Source: an uncultured Alphaproteobacteria bacterium (GTDB taxonomy: Bacteria; Pseudomonadota; Alphaproteobacteria; Sneathiellales; Sneathiellaceae). Taken from it: DNA of 64,000 nucleotides. The notes beneath the pieces are model-generated. The model saw only the letters and a program-made list of their open reading frames with translations. It was not told the origin of the DNA and ran no database searches. Location of the stretch: contig CAJXWA010000001.1 in assembly GCA_913062525.1 (NCBI GenBank), forward strand, positions 2,281 through 66,280, read 5' to 3'. This document shows positions 39,143 to 48,589 of the stretch, piece after piece (the stretch's first letter is position 1; every line of letters begins with the position of its first letter). The position numbers and the translations under genes are program-made.

Positions 39143-40411
39143 TTAGTCGTCATCCAACCAGCTTGGAACTGTATCCAAATCCAAAATCGCCTCTAAGCTT
39201 GGGCGCTCCCGGACAATCGCATATTGATCCCCATTTACCAGAACTTCTGGCACAAGAGGCCGTGTATTATATGTCGACGCCATAACGGCGCCATACGCTC
39301 CAGCGCTTCTAAACGCCACGAGATCTCCGGGATCCACTCGTGGTAAATCTCTTGCTTTTGCGAAAGTATCGCCGGTCTCACAAACTGGGCCAACAACGTC
39401 AGCAGGTTCGATCACCGTATCAGCAGATGGCTCTTTTATTGTGTCAATATGATGATAACCATCATACATCGCAGGACGAATGAGGTCATTCATCGCCGCA
39501 TCCAGAATAACAAATTTACGCTCAGCGCCTTCTTTCACGTAAATGACTTCAGAGACAAGAACACCCGCATTCCCGACAATTAGGCGTCCCGGTTCAAATA
39601 TCAACTGAACACCCATATTGCCCATAGCGTTCAAAGCAACATTCCCATAAGACGTTGGGGTCGGCGGAATTGTGCCGTCATAAGGAATTCCGAGCCCACC
39701 GCCCAGATCCACTTGCGTAATATTATGACCTTCACGTCGCAACTGAAGCACTAATTCACGTACCCGCTGAAACGCATTATCAAAAGGCTCCAAATCGGTT
39801 AATTGTGATCCGATATGAACATCAACACCTTGAATTTCAATTCCAGGAAGTTTGGCTGCGTCGGCATAAATGCGCGAGACATCTTGCCACGGCACACCGA
39901 ACTTATTTTCAGCTTTTCCCGTTGAGATTTTGGCATGTGTTTTTGCATCCACATCCGGATTTACGCGAAAGGCAATTTTCGCGGTTTTTCCCATACGGGT
40001 CGCCACTTCGGACAAAACCTTAGCTTCGGGCTCTGATTCCACATTGAATTGGTGTATGCCAACGTTAAGGCCAAACTCCATCTCCCAAGGTCGTTTCCCA
40101 ACACCGGAAAACACGATTTTGGATGGTGGGATTCCAGCTTCTAGAGCGCGCCGAAGCTCGCCTTCAGAAACCACATCAGCACCAGCGCCAAGACGCGCGA
40201 GTGTTTTGATTACCGCAAGATTTGAATTGGCCTTAACGGCGTAACAGACAAGCGAGTTCACGCCCTCGAAAGCCCCGGAAAAGACTTTATAATGGCGCTC
40301 TAAAGTCGCTGTAGAATAACAATAGAAGGGAGTTCCCACTTCTTCAGCTATTTTTGCAAGCGGCAAGTCTTCGGCATATAATTCACCGTTTTTATAACTG
40401 AAATGATCCAT
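39143..40411 (-). CDS. lysA: Diaminopimelate decarboxylase
   Basis: YAVKANSN, HIGSQ, DLGGGLG, EPGR, GPVCETGD. Confidence 0.97.
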   Translation of the reverse strand: MDHFSYKNGELYAEDLPLAKIAEEVGTPFYCYSTATLERHYKVFSGAFEGVNSLVCYAVKANSNLAVIKTLARLGAGADVVSEGELRRALEAGIPPSKIVFSGVGKRPWEMEFGLNVGIHQFNVESEPEAKVLSEVATRMGKTAKIAFRVNPDVDAKTHAKISTGKAENKFGVPWQDVSRIYADAAKLPGIEIQGVDVHIGSQLTDLEPFDNAFQRVRELVLQLRREGHNITQVDLGGGLGIPYDGTIPPTPTSYGNVALNAMGNMGVQLIFEPGRLIVGNAGVLVSEVIYVKEGAERKFVILDAAMNDLIRPAMYDGYHHIDTIKEPSADTVIEPADVVGPVCETGDTFAKARDLPRVDPGDLVAFRSAGAYGAVMASTYNTRPLVPEVLVNGDQYAIVRERPSLEAILDLDTVPSWLDDD

Positions 40412-40426
40412 TACTCGAAATCCTGC

Positions 40427-40558
40427 TTATCCGCGCGGTTTTACTGTTTTATTCTGTTCGCTGTTTTTGTGATAAACGGGGTCACCTTTTTTACCGCACG
40501 CTGATAACCCGCCGGCTAGCAGCGTAAATAGTATCAAAGAAAGACCCAATTTTTTCAT
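40427..40558 (-). CDS. Small lipoprotein, LptM/YifL (LPAM_2) family; not in the ORF track
   Basis: Own translation MKKLGLSLILFTLLAGGLSA-CGKKGDPVYHKNSEQNKTVKPRG; lipobox plus CGxKG; between argH and lysA. Confidence 0.85.
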   Translation of the reverse strand: MKKLGLSLILFTLLAGGLSACGKKGDPVYHKNSEQNKTVKPRG

Positions 40559-40561
40559 CAC

Positions 40562-41950
40562 TTATTCTCCAGCCAACCGTTGTTTCCAAGATGCGACTTG
40601 CGCCCGGACATTGGACGGCGCCGTTCCGCCATAACTCACCCGACTTGCAACAGAGTTATCAACACCCAGAACTTCAAAAACTTCGTCCGTAATGCTGCTC
40701 TCAACCGTCTGCATATCTGCAAGGGTTAAATCTTCCAAACCACAGTCTTTTGTTTCTGCCAATTTAACAAGAGATCCCGTCACATGATGGGCATTTCTAA
40801 ACGGCATATCTAATCTGCGAACCAACCAATCAGCAAGATCAGTTGCCGTTGTGAAGCCTGCACCAGATGCATTTTTCATCACAACCCGGTTTACGCTAAT
40901 GTCGCTAATCATTCCGCTCATTGCTGCAAGGCAGAGCTGTAAATTGTCCGCAGCATCAAACACAGGTTCTTTATCTTCCTGCATGTCCTTGCCGTAAGTC
41001 ATGGGCAGGCCTTTCATCATCATCAAAAGACAAGTGAAAGCGCCTGCACTTCGGCCGGCTTTACCGCGAATAAGTTCCGCAGCGTCTGGATTTTTCTTTT
41101 GCGGCATAATCGATGAGCCGGTTGAGAAACTGTCTGAGCATTCCACAAAACGAAATTGTGCACTGGACCAGATCACAATTTCTTCGGCAAGACGGGATAA
41201 ATGCATTGAACAAATTGAGGCAACGCTCAAAAACTCCAGTGCGAAATCTCTGTCAGACACACCGTCCAGTGAATTTGCTGTTGGACGATCGAAACCAAGT
41301 TCTTTGGCTGTCATCTCGCGGTCGATAGGAAAAGACGTTCCGGCAAGCGCAGCTGATCCCAGCGGACATTCGTTCAAACGGGCGCGCGCATCTTTAAGCC
41401 GTGCCCGGTCGCGAGAAAACATTTCCAAATATGCCAGCATATGATGACCGAAGGTCACCGGTTGGGCAGCTTGCAAGTGCGTAAAGCCCGGCATAACCGT
41501 ATCCGCTTCAGCGTCGGCTTGTCCTAACAATGCTTCTTGAAGGGCTTTTAGCTCGCCGTCCAGATGGTCCATGGTATCACGAACCCAGAGGCGCATGTCT
41601 GTTGCCACTTGGTCATTCCGCGAACGTCCTGTGTGCAATCGGCCAGCAGGGTCGCCGATGAGCTCCCGAAGACGCGCCTCCACATGCATATGGATATCTT
41701 CCAATGCAGGGTCGGTTTTGAAGTTTCCAGCTTCGATCTCACGAAGAATTGTTTGCAATCCCTCCTGAATTTTCTCGCCATCTTCTCTAGATATTATACC
41801 CTGATCCATCAACATACTTGAATGAGCCATGGATCCGGTAATATCTTGTCTGTAGAGCCGACGATCGAAATCAATGGAGGCGTTGATCCGTTCCATAATC
41901 TCTGCGGGGCCTTTGGCAAATCTGCCACCCCAAAGCTCATTTGCGCTCAT
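40562..41950 (-). CDS. argH: Argininosuccinate lyase
   Basis: [28 protein letters not shown]. Confidence 0.97.
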   Translation of the reverse strand: MSANELWGGRFAKGPAEIMERINASIDFDRRLYRQDITGSMAHSSMLMDQGIISREDGEKIQEGLQTILREIEAGNFKTDPALEDIHMHVEARLRELIGDPAGRLHTGRSRNDQVATDMRLWVRDTMDHLDGELKALQEALLGQADAEADTVMPGFTHLQAAQPVTFGHHMLAYLEMFSRDRARLKDARARLNECPLGSAALAGTSFPIDREMTAKELGFDRPTANSLDGVSDRDFALEFLSVASICSMHLSRLAEEIVIWSSAQFRFVECSDSFSTGSSIMPQKKNPDAAELIRGKAGRSAGAFTCLLMMMKGLPMTYGKDMQEDKEPVFDAADNLQLCLAAMSGMISDISVNRVVMKNASGAGFTTATDLADWLVRRLDMPFRNAHHVTGSLVKLAETKDCGLEDLTLADMQTVESSITDEVFEVLGVDNSVASRVSYGGTAPSNVRAQVASWKQRLAGE

Positions 41951-41982
41951 GTCTTGGGCTCTCTTTATTACTATTGGACTAA

Positions 41983-42561
41983 ATGACAATGAAAACCAAA
42001 AATTTCCGTTCAGTTTTCTTCAGTGTATTGCTTACATTTACAAGCCTTGGGGTAACAACTTCAACCGCTTTCTCTCAAAATTTGAACGATCTTCGGGTTG
42101 GAGAGATGAAAAATGTCGTTATCCACGAAAACGCAAAGCCTCTTGCTGACTTCTCATTTAAGGATGTAGAGGGGAAAACCCACCAAATATCAGATTTCAA
42201 AGGAAAAGTTGTCCTTGTTAATTTCTGGGCGACTTGGTGTGGTCCTTGCCGAGAAGAAATGCCGTCCATCGACCGTCTGCAAGGAGAAATGGCGTCAGAT
42301 AACTTCACGGTTTTGGCGATTAGTCAAGATTTACAAGGAATCGAGCGAGTTAAAAAATTCCTGAACAGCTTGGATATCAAAAATTTAGCGGCGCTAAATG
42401 ATAAAACCGTCAAGTCTGGCCGAGCCGCAGGTGTCTTTGGTCTTCCCGCTACTTTGCTGCTAAATAGAAATGGTCTTGAAATTGCTAGACTAGTAGGCCC
42501 TGCAGAATGGGATACGGATGAAGCCAAGAGACTAATTCAGACTGTAATTGATGGTAAATGA
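41983..42561 (+). CDS. tlpA: TlpA-family thiol:disulfide oxidoreductase
   Basis: [26 protein letters not shown]; divergent from argH. Confidence 0.88.
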   Translation: MTMKTKNFRSVFFSVLLTFTSLGVTTSTAFSQNLNDLRVGEMKNVVIHENAKPLADFSFKDVEGKTHQISDFKGKVVLVNFWATWCGPCREEMPSIDRLQGEMASDNFTVLAISQDLQGIERVKKFLNSLDIKNLAALNDKTVKSGRAAGVFGLPATLLLNRNGLEIARLVGPAEWDTDEAKRLIQTVIDGK

Positions 42562-42571
42562 ATGATCTCAC

Positions 42572-42961
42572 TTATGAATTGAGGAACTTTTCGTTGCGCT
42601 CTTTCATGGATTTCATTTCCCGCTCGAACTTTTCTTTAGCCGCCAGATCTTGAGCGCTTTCAGGTTTTTTGTTTTTATGAACGGAAGCCACATAAAGCCT
42701 GACCAAGCGCTCAATTAGCAAACTGCTGAAGAAAAAGAAAATCCCTTTTGTAGCGGTCAGCATCATCAAATCTGCTGCCAGCCCAAAATCATTACTTTTG
42801 TATCCAATGCCAAAATCAAAAGCCAATAAAGCGAGCAGGCCGCCGAACCCGATTAATCCAGTGATTATTCTTCGTTTTTCAACGGACCATGGAAAGATGA
42901 TTAAGCTGATAAAAATGGCAGCATTTAAAACAGATGCCCAGATTTCAGGATTAAAACTCAT
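42572..42961 (-). CDS. Hypothetical membrane protein (3 TM)
   Basis: 129-aa hydrophobic ORF downstream of the TetR gene. Confidence 0.65.
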   Translation of the reverse strand: MSFNPEIWASVLNAAIFISLIIFPWSVEKRRIITGLIGFGGLLALLAFDFGIGYKSNDFGLAADLMMLTATKGIFFFFSSLLIERLVRLYVASVHKNKKPESAQDLAAKEKFEREMKSMKERNEKFLNS

Positions 42962-42977
42962 GTTCTACTTTCCCCAT

Positions 42978-43559
42978 TTAGGCTTCAAGGGTGGCTAAGG
43001 CGACCTCAACCATGGGGCGCAAGCTGGCTTCGTCTTGGCGAACTTTCCCCAGAACCCGAACTCCTTGCATCACGCCGACGAAAAAAGCCGCCAGATCAGC
43101 GGCACTGCGTTTTAAGGGAATTTCCCCCGCATCTTGGCCGCGTCCGATTAGCCTTTTGAGATCATCTTCTAAAACGTCGTAATAGTCACGTAACCGTTCC
43201 GCGCATTTTTCATCATATGATGAGCGCTCAACCGTGGTGTTTGTGACAAAGCACCCTCGGTTTTCAGGATCGCCCAATACCCGGTACATAAATCCGAAAA
43301 GAAAATCATTCAGAATTTCAACTGAGTTCCCCTCACCCTGTAGGGTGGTGCCACGGCTCAGCGCACCAGTTGTATATTGATCAAGGGCTGAGAGAAAAAG
43401 CTTATGCTTATCGCCAAAAGTATCGTAAAGACTGCCCCGATTAATGCCCATACAATCCACAAGATCTTGGATAGAAGTTGCTTCATATCCACGCGCCCAA
43501 AACGCGCCCATGGCTTTCTTAAGTGCGTCTTCGCGATTAAAACATTTTGTTCTTGGCAT
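42978..43559 (-). CDS. TetR/AcrR family regulator (NemR/ComR-like)
   Basis: FWARGYEATSIQDLV..MGINRGSLY.TFGDK; GCFVTN. Confidence 0.92.
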   Translation of the reverse strand: MPRTKCFNREDALKKAMGAFWARGYEATSIQDLVDCMGINRGSLYDTFGDKHKLFLSALDQYTTGALSRGTTLQGEGNSVEILNDFLFGFMYRVLGDPENRGCFVTNTTVERSSYDEKCAERLRDYYDVLEDDLKRLIGRGQDAGEIPLKRSAADLAAFFVGVMQGVRVLGKVRQDEASLRPMVEVALATLEA

Positions 43560-43606
43560 TCGACATCCTAGACAATCTGCATACTGCAGACCTAATACTT
43601 AGCCTT

Positions 43607-44485
43607 TCAGGGTTTCTCTGACAAGGCCTTCAAGCCTATTTTATATGTGGGAAAGGTTAAGGACACGCCAAGTTCGTTTTTTATTCTGTTGTTACTGACC
43701 CGCTTATTATCAGAATAGAAACTCCGTGCCATAGGACTTAAATCTGCGGTTTGGAAATCCTCTAGCGGCGGCGGTGCAATTCCCAACAGTTCTGCGGCAT
43801 AACTCACCACGTCCTCAGGAGGCGCAGCCATGTCATCGGAGACATTATAAATCCGACCTGAATGTGGAGCAGCCATTGAAGCAGATAGTATTTTTGCTAA
43901 ATCCCCCACATGGATGCGGGAAAACACATGGTTCTTTTTTACAATTCGGTGAGCTTTACCTTTTTGCAAAGAAACCATCTGATTTCGTCCGGGACCGTAT
44001 ATGCCCGGAAGCCTGAAGATATGAAGCGGCAAACCATATTGTTTTGCCGCAGACCACCACTGGGCTTCCGCATCGACCCGGCGCTTACCGCGAGGACCGG
44101 AAGGGTTAAGTGGTGTTTCTTCAGTTGCCGTTGCCCCCTGCAAATCACCATAAACACCTGTGGTCGACAAATAGCCCACCCATTTTAAGTTTTTAAAGTG
44201 GGACAATTTTTCAGCCATGATATGGCAAACACAGTCGCCGGCACTTCCCGGTGGGATCGACACGAGGACATGGGTAACTGTTTCAGCCATGTCAGACAAA
44301 CCACACGGCTCAGACACGCCATCGAAGCGGACCATATCTACGTTTGGCAGCAGTCTCCCTGCGGAAACGTCACTACGGGTAGTACCAAGGACAGAAATTT
44401 CTGGGTTTTGCCGAGCGACCTCAGTTGCGGTAAAGCCGAAACCAAAACACAGGAGTTGGATAGACGAGTGGTCAAGTACTGACAT
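43607..44485 (-). CDS. Atypical SDR / NAD-dependent epimerase
   Basis: GFGFTA, YLSTTGVYGD, RLPGIYGPGR, FSRIHV.D. Confidence 0.9.
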   Translation of the reverse strand: MSVLDHSSIQLLCFGFGFTATEVARQNPEISVLGTTRSDVSAGRLLPNVDMVRFDGVSEPCGLSDMAETVTHVLVSIPPGSAGDCVCHIMAEKLSHFKNLKWVGYLSTTGVYGDLQGATATEETPLNPSGPRGKRRVDAEAQWWSAAKQYGLPLHIFRLPGIYGPGRNQMVSLQKGKAHRIVKKNHVFSRIHVGDLAKILSASMAAPHSGRIYNVSDDMAAPPEDVVSYAAELLGIAPPPLEDFQTADLSPMARSFYSDNKRVSNNRIKNELGVSLTFPTYKIGLKALSEKP

Positions 44486-44493
44486 TCAGCCCC

Positions 44494-45204
44494 CTATTCT
44501 GACGTACGGCTTAAAGTCACTGTGGCAGATATCACGTGTTTTCTTGAAACTGGCATTTGAGCTGAAGATGCTTGACCGCCGCTCGAACTCACTGACATTT
44601 CCTGAACAGCCATATTTTTTGACCGCACCTGCTGCATTGGCCGCGGAAAACCACCGCCGTTATTCAGAAAATTTACAGATTTCACGTGATATTTCGCACC
44701 CGAAATAACTTTACTCAATCGGTCAGCCTCCAGTGCAGCATCCGCATATATTTTGGCTCTAAGATCAGTCATCAAGCTGTTGGTTTCCACCAATGTAGGC
44801 GAGAAATCCACATGACCAACGCTCACTTTAAAGCCACCGCGACTTGCCGTCGCTGCCCGGTCCCGCAGAGCCGGTATAGCTTCTTCAGAGACACGTGCTT
44901 TTGCAGATACATACCAGCGGTTTAAGCCCGTATTATCTTTATTCACCCGTGTTGATGTTATGTACCAACCCGCAATTGGTGCCAGTTTTTCCAGCGATGC
45001 TTTGATCTGCGTTTTAAGTTCAGAAGCTGTTTCTTTTTGCTGCGTAATATTAAAAAATACATCCACATTGGCGGAGCGGGTTGTCACCCATCCCTCCTGC
45101 TGTAAAGACAACATCACAGTATCTTGCGGGATCGATAGTGGCTCCGCAGATACTGCTGGGATAACAGCAAGAAAACTCAAGCCTGCAAGTGCAAGACGTT
45201 TCAT
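44494..45204 (-). CDS. Secreted hypothetical protein (SIMPL/DUF541-like)
   Basis: Signal peptide MKRLALAGLSFLAVIPAVSA with GGAGG RBS; C-terminal ISATVTL strand. Confidence 0.65.
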   Translation of the reverse strand: MKRLALAGLSFLAVIPAVSAEPLSIPQDTVMLSLQQEGWVTTRSANVDVFFNITQQKETASELKTQIKASLEKLAPIAGWYITSTRVNKDNTGLNRWYVSAKARVSEEAIPALRDRAATASRGGFKVSVGHVDFSPTLVETNSLMTDLRAKIYADAALEADRLSKVISGAKYHVKSVNFLNNGGGFPRPMQQVRSKNMAVQEMSVSSSGGQASSAQMPVSRKHVISATVTLSRTSE

Positions 45205-45407
45205 GGGGGTTCCTCCAATTAATTTCGTTGCATCATATATCAGATTGAATTTGGACCGTTTTAAGGCATATCGCTGAACTTGTCTTCGATGGTCAAAATC
45301 TTGACGCATTCTGACCTACAATGCAAAATCTCAGATTGATATAGCCGGAGCACGCTCTGCAATTTATAAACTTATACAGGTTTCACTGACGAAAAGGCAA
45401 AAAGTGT

Positions 45408-46178
45408 ATGTTAAATTCTGGCGGATTTCCGTGGCAAAAAACGCTTTTTATAGGTCTATTTGCATTTGTCTTATCTGATGCGGGCGATGCCCTATCTCGG
45501 GACGAAGGCAAAGAATATAAAGCCTGCATCAAACTCACAAAACGCGAACCTGAATTTGCTTTTGAATCTGCGCTCAGTTGGCGTGACCAAGGCGGCGGAA
45601 TTCCAGCCCGTCACTGCGCCGCACTTGCGCTTGTAGGCATGAAGAAATACCATTTGGCAGCCCCTCGCCTTGAAGCTATTGCTGAAGAAATGCGCAAAGC
45701 CGGCATGGAGTTTGTTGTCCCCATGCTAAGTCAGGCTGCAAACACATGGTTGCTTGCTGAAAATTATAGCCGCGCCAATGCTGTGGCCAGCGCTGCCCTT
45801 GAGCTTGAACCTGACAACATCGATATCCTCATGGATCGAAGTCATATTCTAGCAGGTGCCAAAAATTACCAAGAAGCCTTTAATGATCTCGATTTGGTTT
45901 TAAGACTTGATCCAACACGTTTCGAAGCATTGGCCTACCGTGCGGCCGCTTGGCGTCAACTGGGCAATAATGAACGGGCTATGGAAGATGTGGATCTAGC
46001 TCTTTCCCTACAACCCAACTTTTTGGATGCGCTCATTGAACGCGGGATTTTATTTAGGCTGGATGGAAATATAGAAGACGCCAAAAAGGATTGGATGAAA
46101 GTACTGGAATTATCCCCCAATACGCCCGCCGCCGATACGGCGCAAAAGAACATCGAAAAATTGGAATTTAAAAACTAA
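45408..46178 (+). CDS. Tetratricopeptide repeat protein
   Basis: Repeated A..D...AL.L.P helices; ARHCAALAL. Confidence 0.87.
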   Translation: MLNSGGFPWQKTLFIGLFAFVLSDAGDALSRDEGKEYKACIKLTKREPEFAFESALSWRDQGGGIPARHCAALALVGMKKYHLAAPRLEAIAEEMRKAGMEFVVPMLSQAANTWLLAENYSRANAVASAALELEPDNIDILMDRSHILAGAKNYQEAFNDLDLVLRLDPTRFEALAYRAAAWRQLGNNERAMEDVDLALSLQPNFLDALIERGILFRLDGNIEDAKKDWMKVLELSPNTPAADTAQKNIEKLEFKN

Positions 46179-46191
46179 ACCCGTGAACAAA

Positions 46192-46294
46192 GGAAATCGT
46201 TGTCACATAATAAGGACAACGATTTCCACCGTTGAAGACAGGGAATCAACGGAACATCTTCACAGATGTATATCGAATTTGGGAAATTCGATAT
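46192..46294. repeat. Four tandem inverted repeats in a convergent intergenic region
   Basis: Perfect stems of 13, 7, 6 and 11 bp read directly from the sequence. Confidence 0.85.
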
Positions 46295-47749
46295 CTATTT
46301 TTTCATGATCGCATAATAGACAGCACCGCCCAGTGCGGCACCAATTACCCATGCGAATCCTGAAAGAAATTGTAAGGCTGGTACCCAAACGGTCGCAACG
46401 GAGAAAAGACCTGGAAGGACAAACGCCAGCATTGCTTTCTTATTCCAGCCGTTGTCGTAGAAATATTCGCCTGATGGGTCCGCAGAGAATAAGGCCTGAA
46501 TATCCAGTTTTCCGTTTTTTATCATGTAATAGTCAACGATCATGATGCCGTATACCGGAGCCAAAATTGCGCCCAAGGTATTTACGAAATTAAAAATTCC
46601 AATTTGACTGATAGTTGAGACCCATAGACCGCCAATAATGAGAGCAAAGCCTGATGTGATTAGTCCACCCATACGAAAATTAATCTTACTCGGCATCAAA
46701 TTCGCAAGGTCATATGCTGGCGGAATAAAGTTTGCCACCAGATTAATGCCAACGGTTGCGGCAAAAAACATCAAGGCTGCCAGAATTGTCAGAGGGAGCG
46801 AGTCTACCCGTTCGATAATATCGGTTGGGTTAGTCAGTGTTTCCCCCCAAATCACAAGGGTTCCCGCTGTAACTATCAAAGCTATCAGCGAAAAGAATGC
46901 AATGTTGAGCGGCAAGCCAATGAGATTACCTTTTTTCATATCAGATTGCGTTTTTACGAACCGGGAAAAATCACCATAATTGATCACCACAGCCGCAAAA
47001 TAGGCGATCATAGTGCCGACAATTGCACTAAATGCGGAAAATGAACTCCCCTCGTAATTGCCCATCCCTTTAAATATATTTCCAACTTCAGAAAACAGGC
47101 CATTTCCAGCTTTCCACCAGATAACGCCAGCCAGAATAATCATCACTAAATAGACGAACGGGCCTGCAAAGTTCAAAAACTTGGTGATCCACTCAATCCC
47201 ATTCCAAAACAGCCAAATTTGGAATGACCAAACGATTAGGAACGACACCCAAGCAACGGCAGACATTCCAAGGAACTCGGCCGCTACACCTGTGCTTCCT
47301 ATGAGGGAATTCAACAAAAGTGCCACAGCTGTTGATGCAAAATAGGTTTGCGCACCATACCAAAAAATAGCAACTATAGCCCGAACAACAGCAGGGAAAT
47401 TGGCGCCCCGAATTCCCATGCTGGCCCGCGCCATAACGGGAAAGGGAATACCGTATTCAACACTGGGTTTCCCCATTAGATTAACCAACCACATGACGAA
47501 AAAGCCCGCGACCAATATGGCTGCAAAAACCGTCCAGCCGCTAAGGCCATAGGTCAAAAACAGAGAGGCTGCCAAAGTATAACCAAACAAACTTTGAACA
47601 TCATTTGCCCAAACGTTAAAAATTTCAAACCACCCCCAACTTCGGTCTTTTGCCGGTATAGGTGCTAAATCTTCGTTATAAAGGCTCGGATCACGTTTCA
47701 CGATTACCAGAGAGCCCGGATCTTTATCCATCGGTGCGTTTTCATTCAT
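46295..47749 (-). CDS. NCS1 family nucleobase:cation symporter
   Basis: LYNEDLAP, GIPFPV.ARASMGIRGA, DFSRF, INLVANF. Confidence 0.93.
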   Translation of the reverse strand: MNENAPMDKDPGSLVIVKRDPSLYNEDLAPIPAKDRSWGWFEIFNVWANDVQSLFGYTLAASLFLTYGLSGWTVFAAILVAGFFVMWLVNLMGKPSVEYGIPFPVMARASMGIRGANFPAVVRAIVAIFWYGAQTYFASTAVALLLNSLIGSTGVAAEFLGMSAVAWVSFLIVWSFQIWLFWNGIEWITKFLNFAGPFVYLVMIILAGVIWWKAGNGLFSEVGNIFKGMGNYEGSSFSAFSAIVGTMIAYFAAVVINYGDFSRFVKTQSDMKKGNLIGLPLNIAFFSLIALIVTAGTLVIWGETLTNPTDIIERVDSLPLTILAALMFFAATVGINLVANFIPPAYDLANLMPSKINFRMGGLITSGFALIIGGLWVSTISQIGIFNFVNTLGAILAPVYGIMIVDYYMIKNGKLDIQALFSADPSGEYFYDNGWNKKAMLAFVLPGLFSVATVWVPALQFLSGFAWVIGAALGGAVYYAIMKK

Positions 47750-48017
47750 AAATCTAATCCCTAGTCTTCGACCAAAACAATTACCCGTTCATTATTCCGG
47801 TCAAATCATTTCAGTCCAAATGTCGTTCAAATAATTTGCATCTTTTCTATGGCGCTTGAAACTTAGGTCGCAAATTATTTATTATTCTTCCTTTTTCTCT
47901 CCGAATTTTTTATATTCGAATACCTATCCTGGAACTTTAGGTCAATATTACTGATGCACAATACGTTCAAAAATGCGTGCATAAGTCAATATATTTTTTG
48001 TAATAAAGGCAAATTGA

Positions 48018-48572
48018 ATGAAAATTGGGTACGCTCGCGTTTCCACCAAATGGTATCAGAGTAAGCTGCAGGTCACTGAACTGGAGAAGCAGGGGTGCGA
48101 CAAGGTCTGGTGCGAAACCCTGACCGACGGCCAAAGCTCCAGCAATGGACTAAAGGATCTTCTCGATCAGATTTCCAAGGGAGATACCGTGATTGCAACA
48201 CGCATCACGTCTATTGCCCACTCATCAGCTGAGCTTCTATATTTACTCGAAAAGATTGAAGAAAAAAAAGGCTACTTCAAATCTCTAGCTGAACCGTGGA
48301 CAGACACTAAAGAACACGGCGGCGAACGGGTCATTCAAGTTATTCGAGGTGTGATCAACTTTGAGATGACGCTAGCGTCCATGGATATAAAGCAAGAATT
48401 TAGCAGACCACAAACATTTGGAGTTAGTCTTGGCCGACCGCAGAAATTGTCAGATCAGCAAAAACACGAAGCCGTATCTCTTCTAAAAATTGGTAAATCA
48501 GCTGCCGAAATTGGGCGATCTCTTGGTGTTAGCCGCAGTACAATTTCCCGCCTCAAAAATCTTTTGCGGTAG
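48018..48572 (+). CDS. Resolvase/invertase-family serine recombinase, degenerate catalytic motif
   Basis: IGYARVST, GDTV, SLAEPWTDT, GRPQKL, HTH IGRSLGVSRSTISR. Confidence 0.85.
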   Translation: MKIGYARVSTKWYQSKLQVTELEKQGCDKVWCETLTDGQSSSNGLKDLLDQISKGDTVIATRITSIAHSSAELLYLLEKIEEKKGYFKSLAEPWTDTKEHGGERVIQVIRGVINFEMTLASMDIKQEFSRPQTFGVSLGRPQKLSDQQKHEAVSLLKIGKSAAEIGRSLGVSRSTISRLKNLLR

Positions 48573-48589
48573 GATATTAGCTATGGCAT

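Noticed and set aside
46192-46294. Mini-CRISPR or REP array interpretation of the hairpin cluster
   Set aside because: The hairpins differ in sequence, and there are no repeat-spacer units or cas genes.
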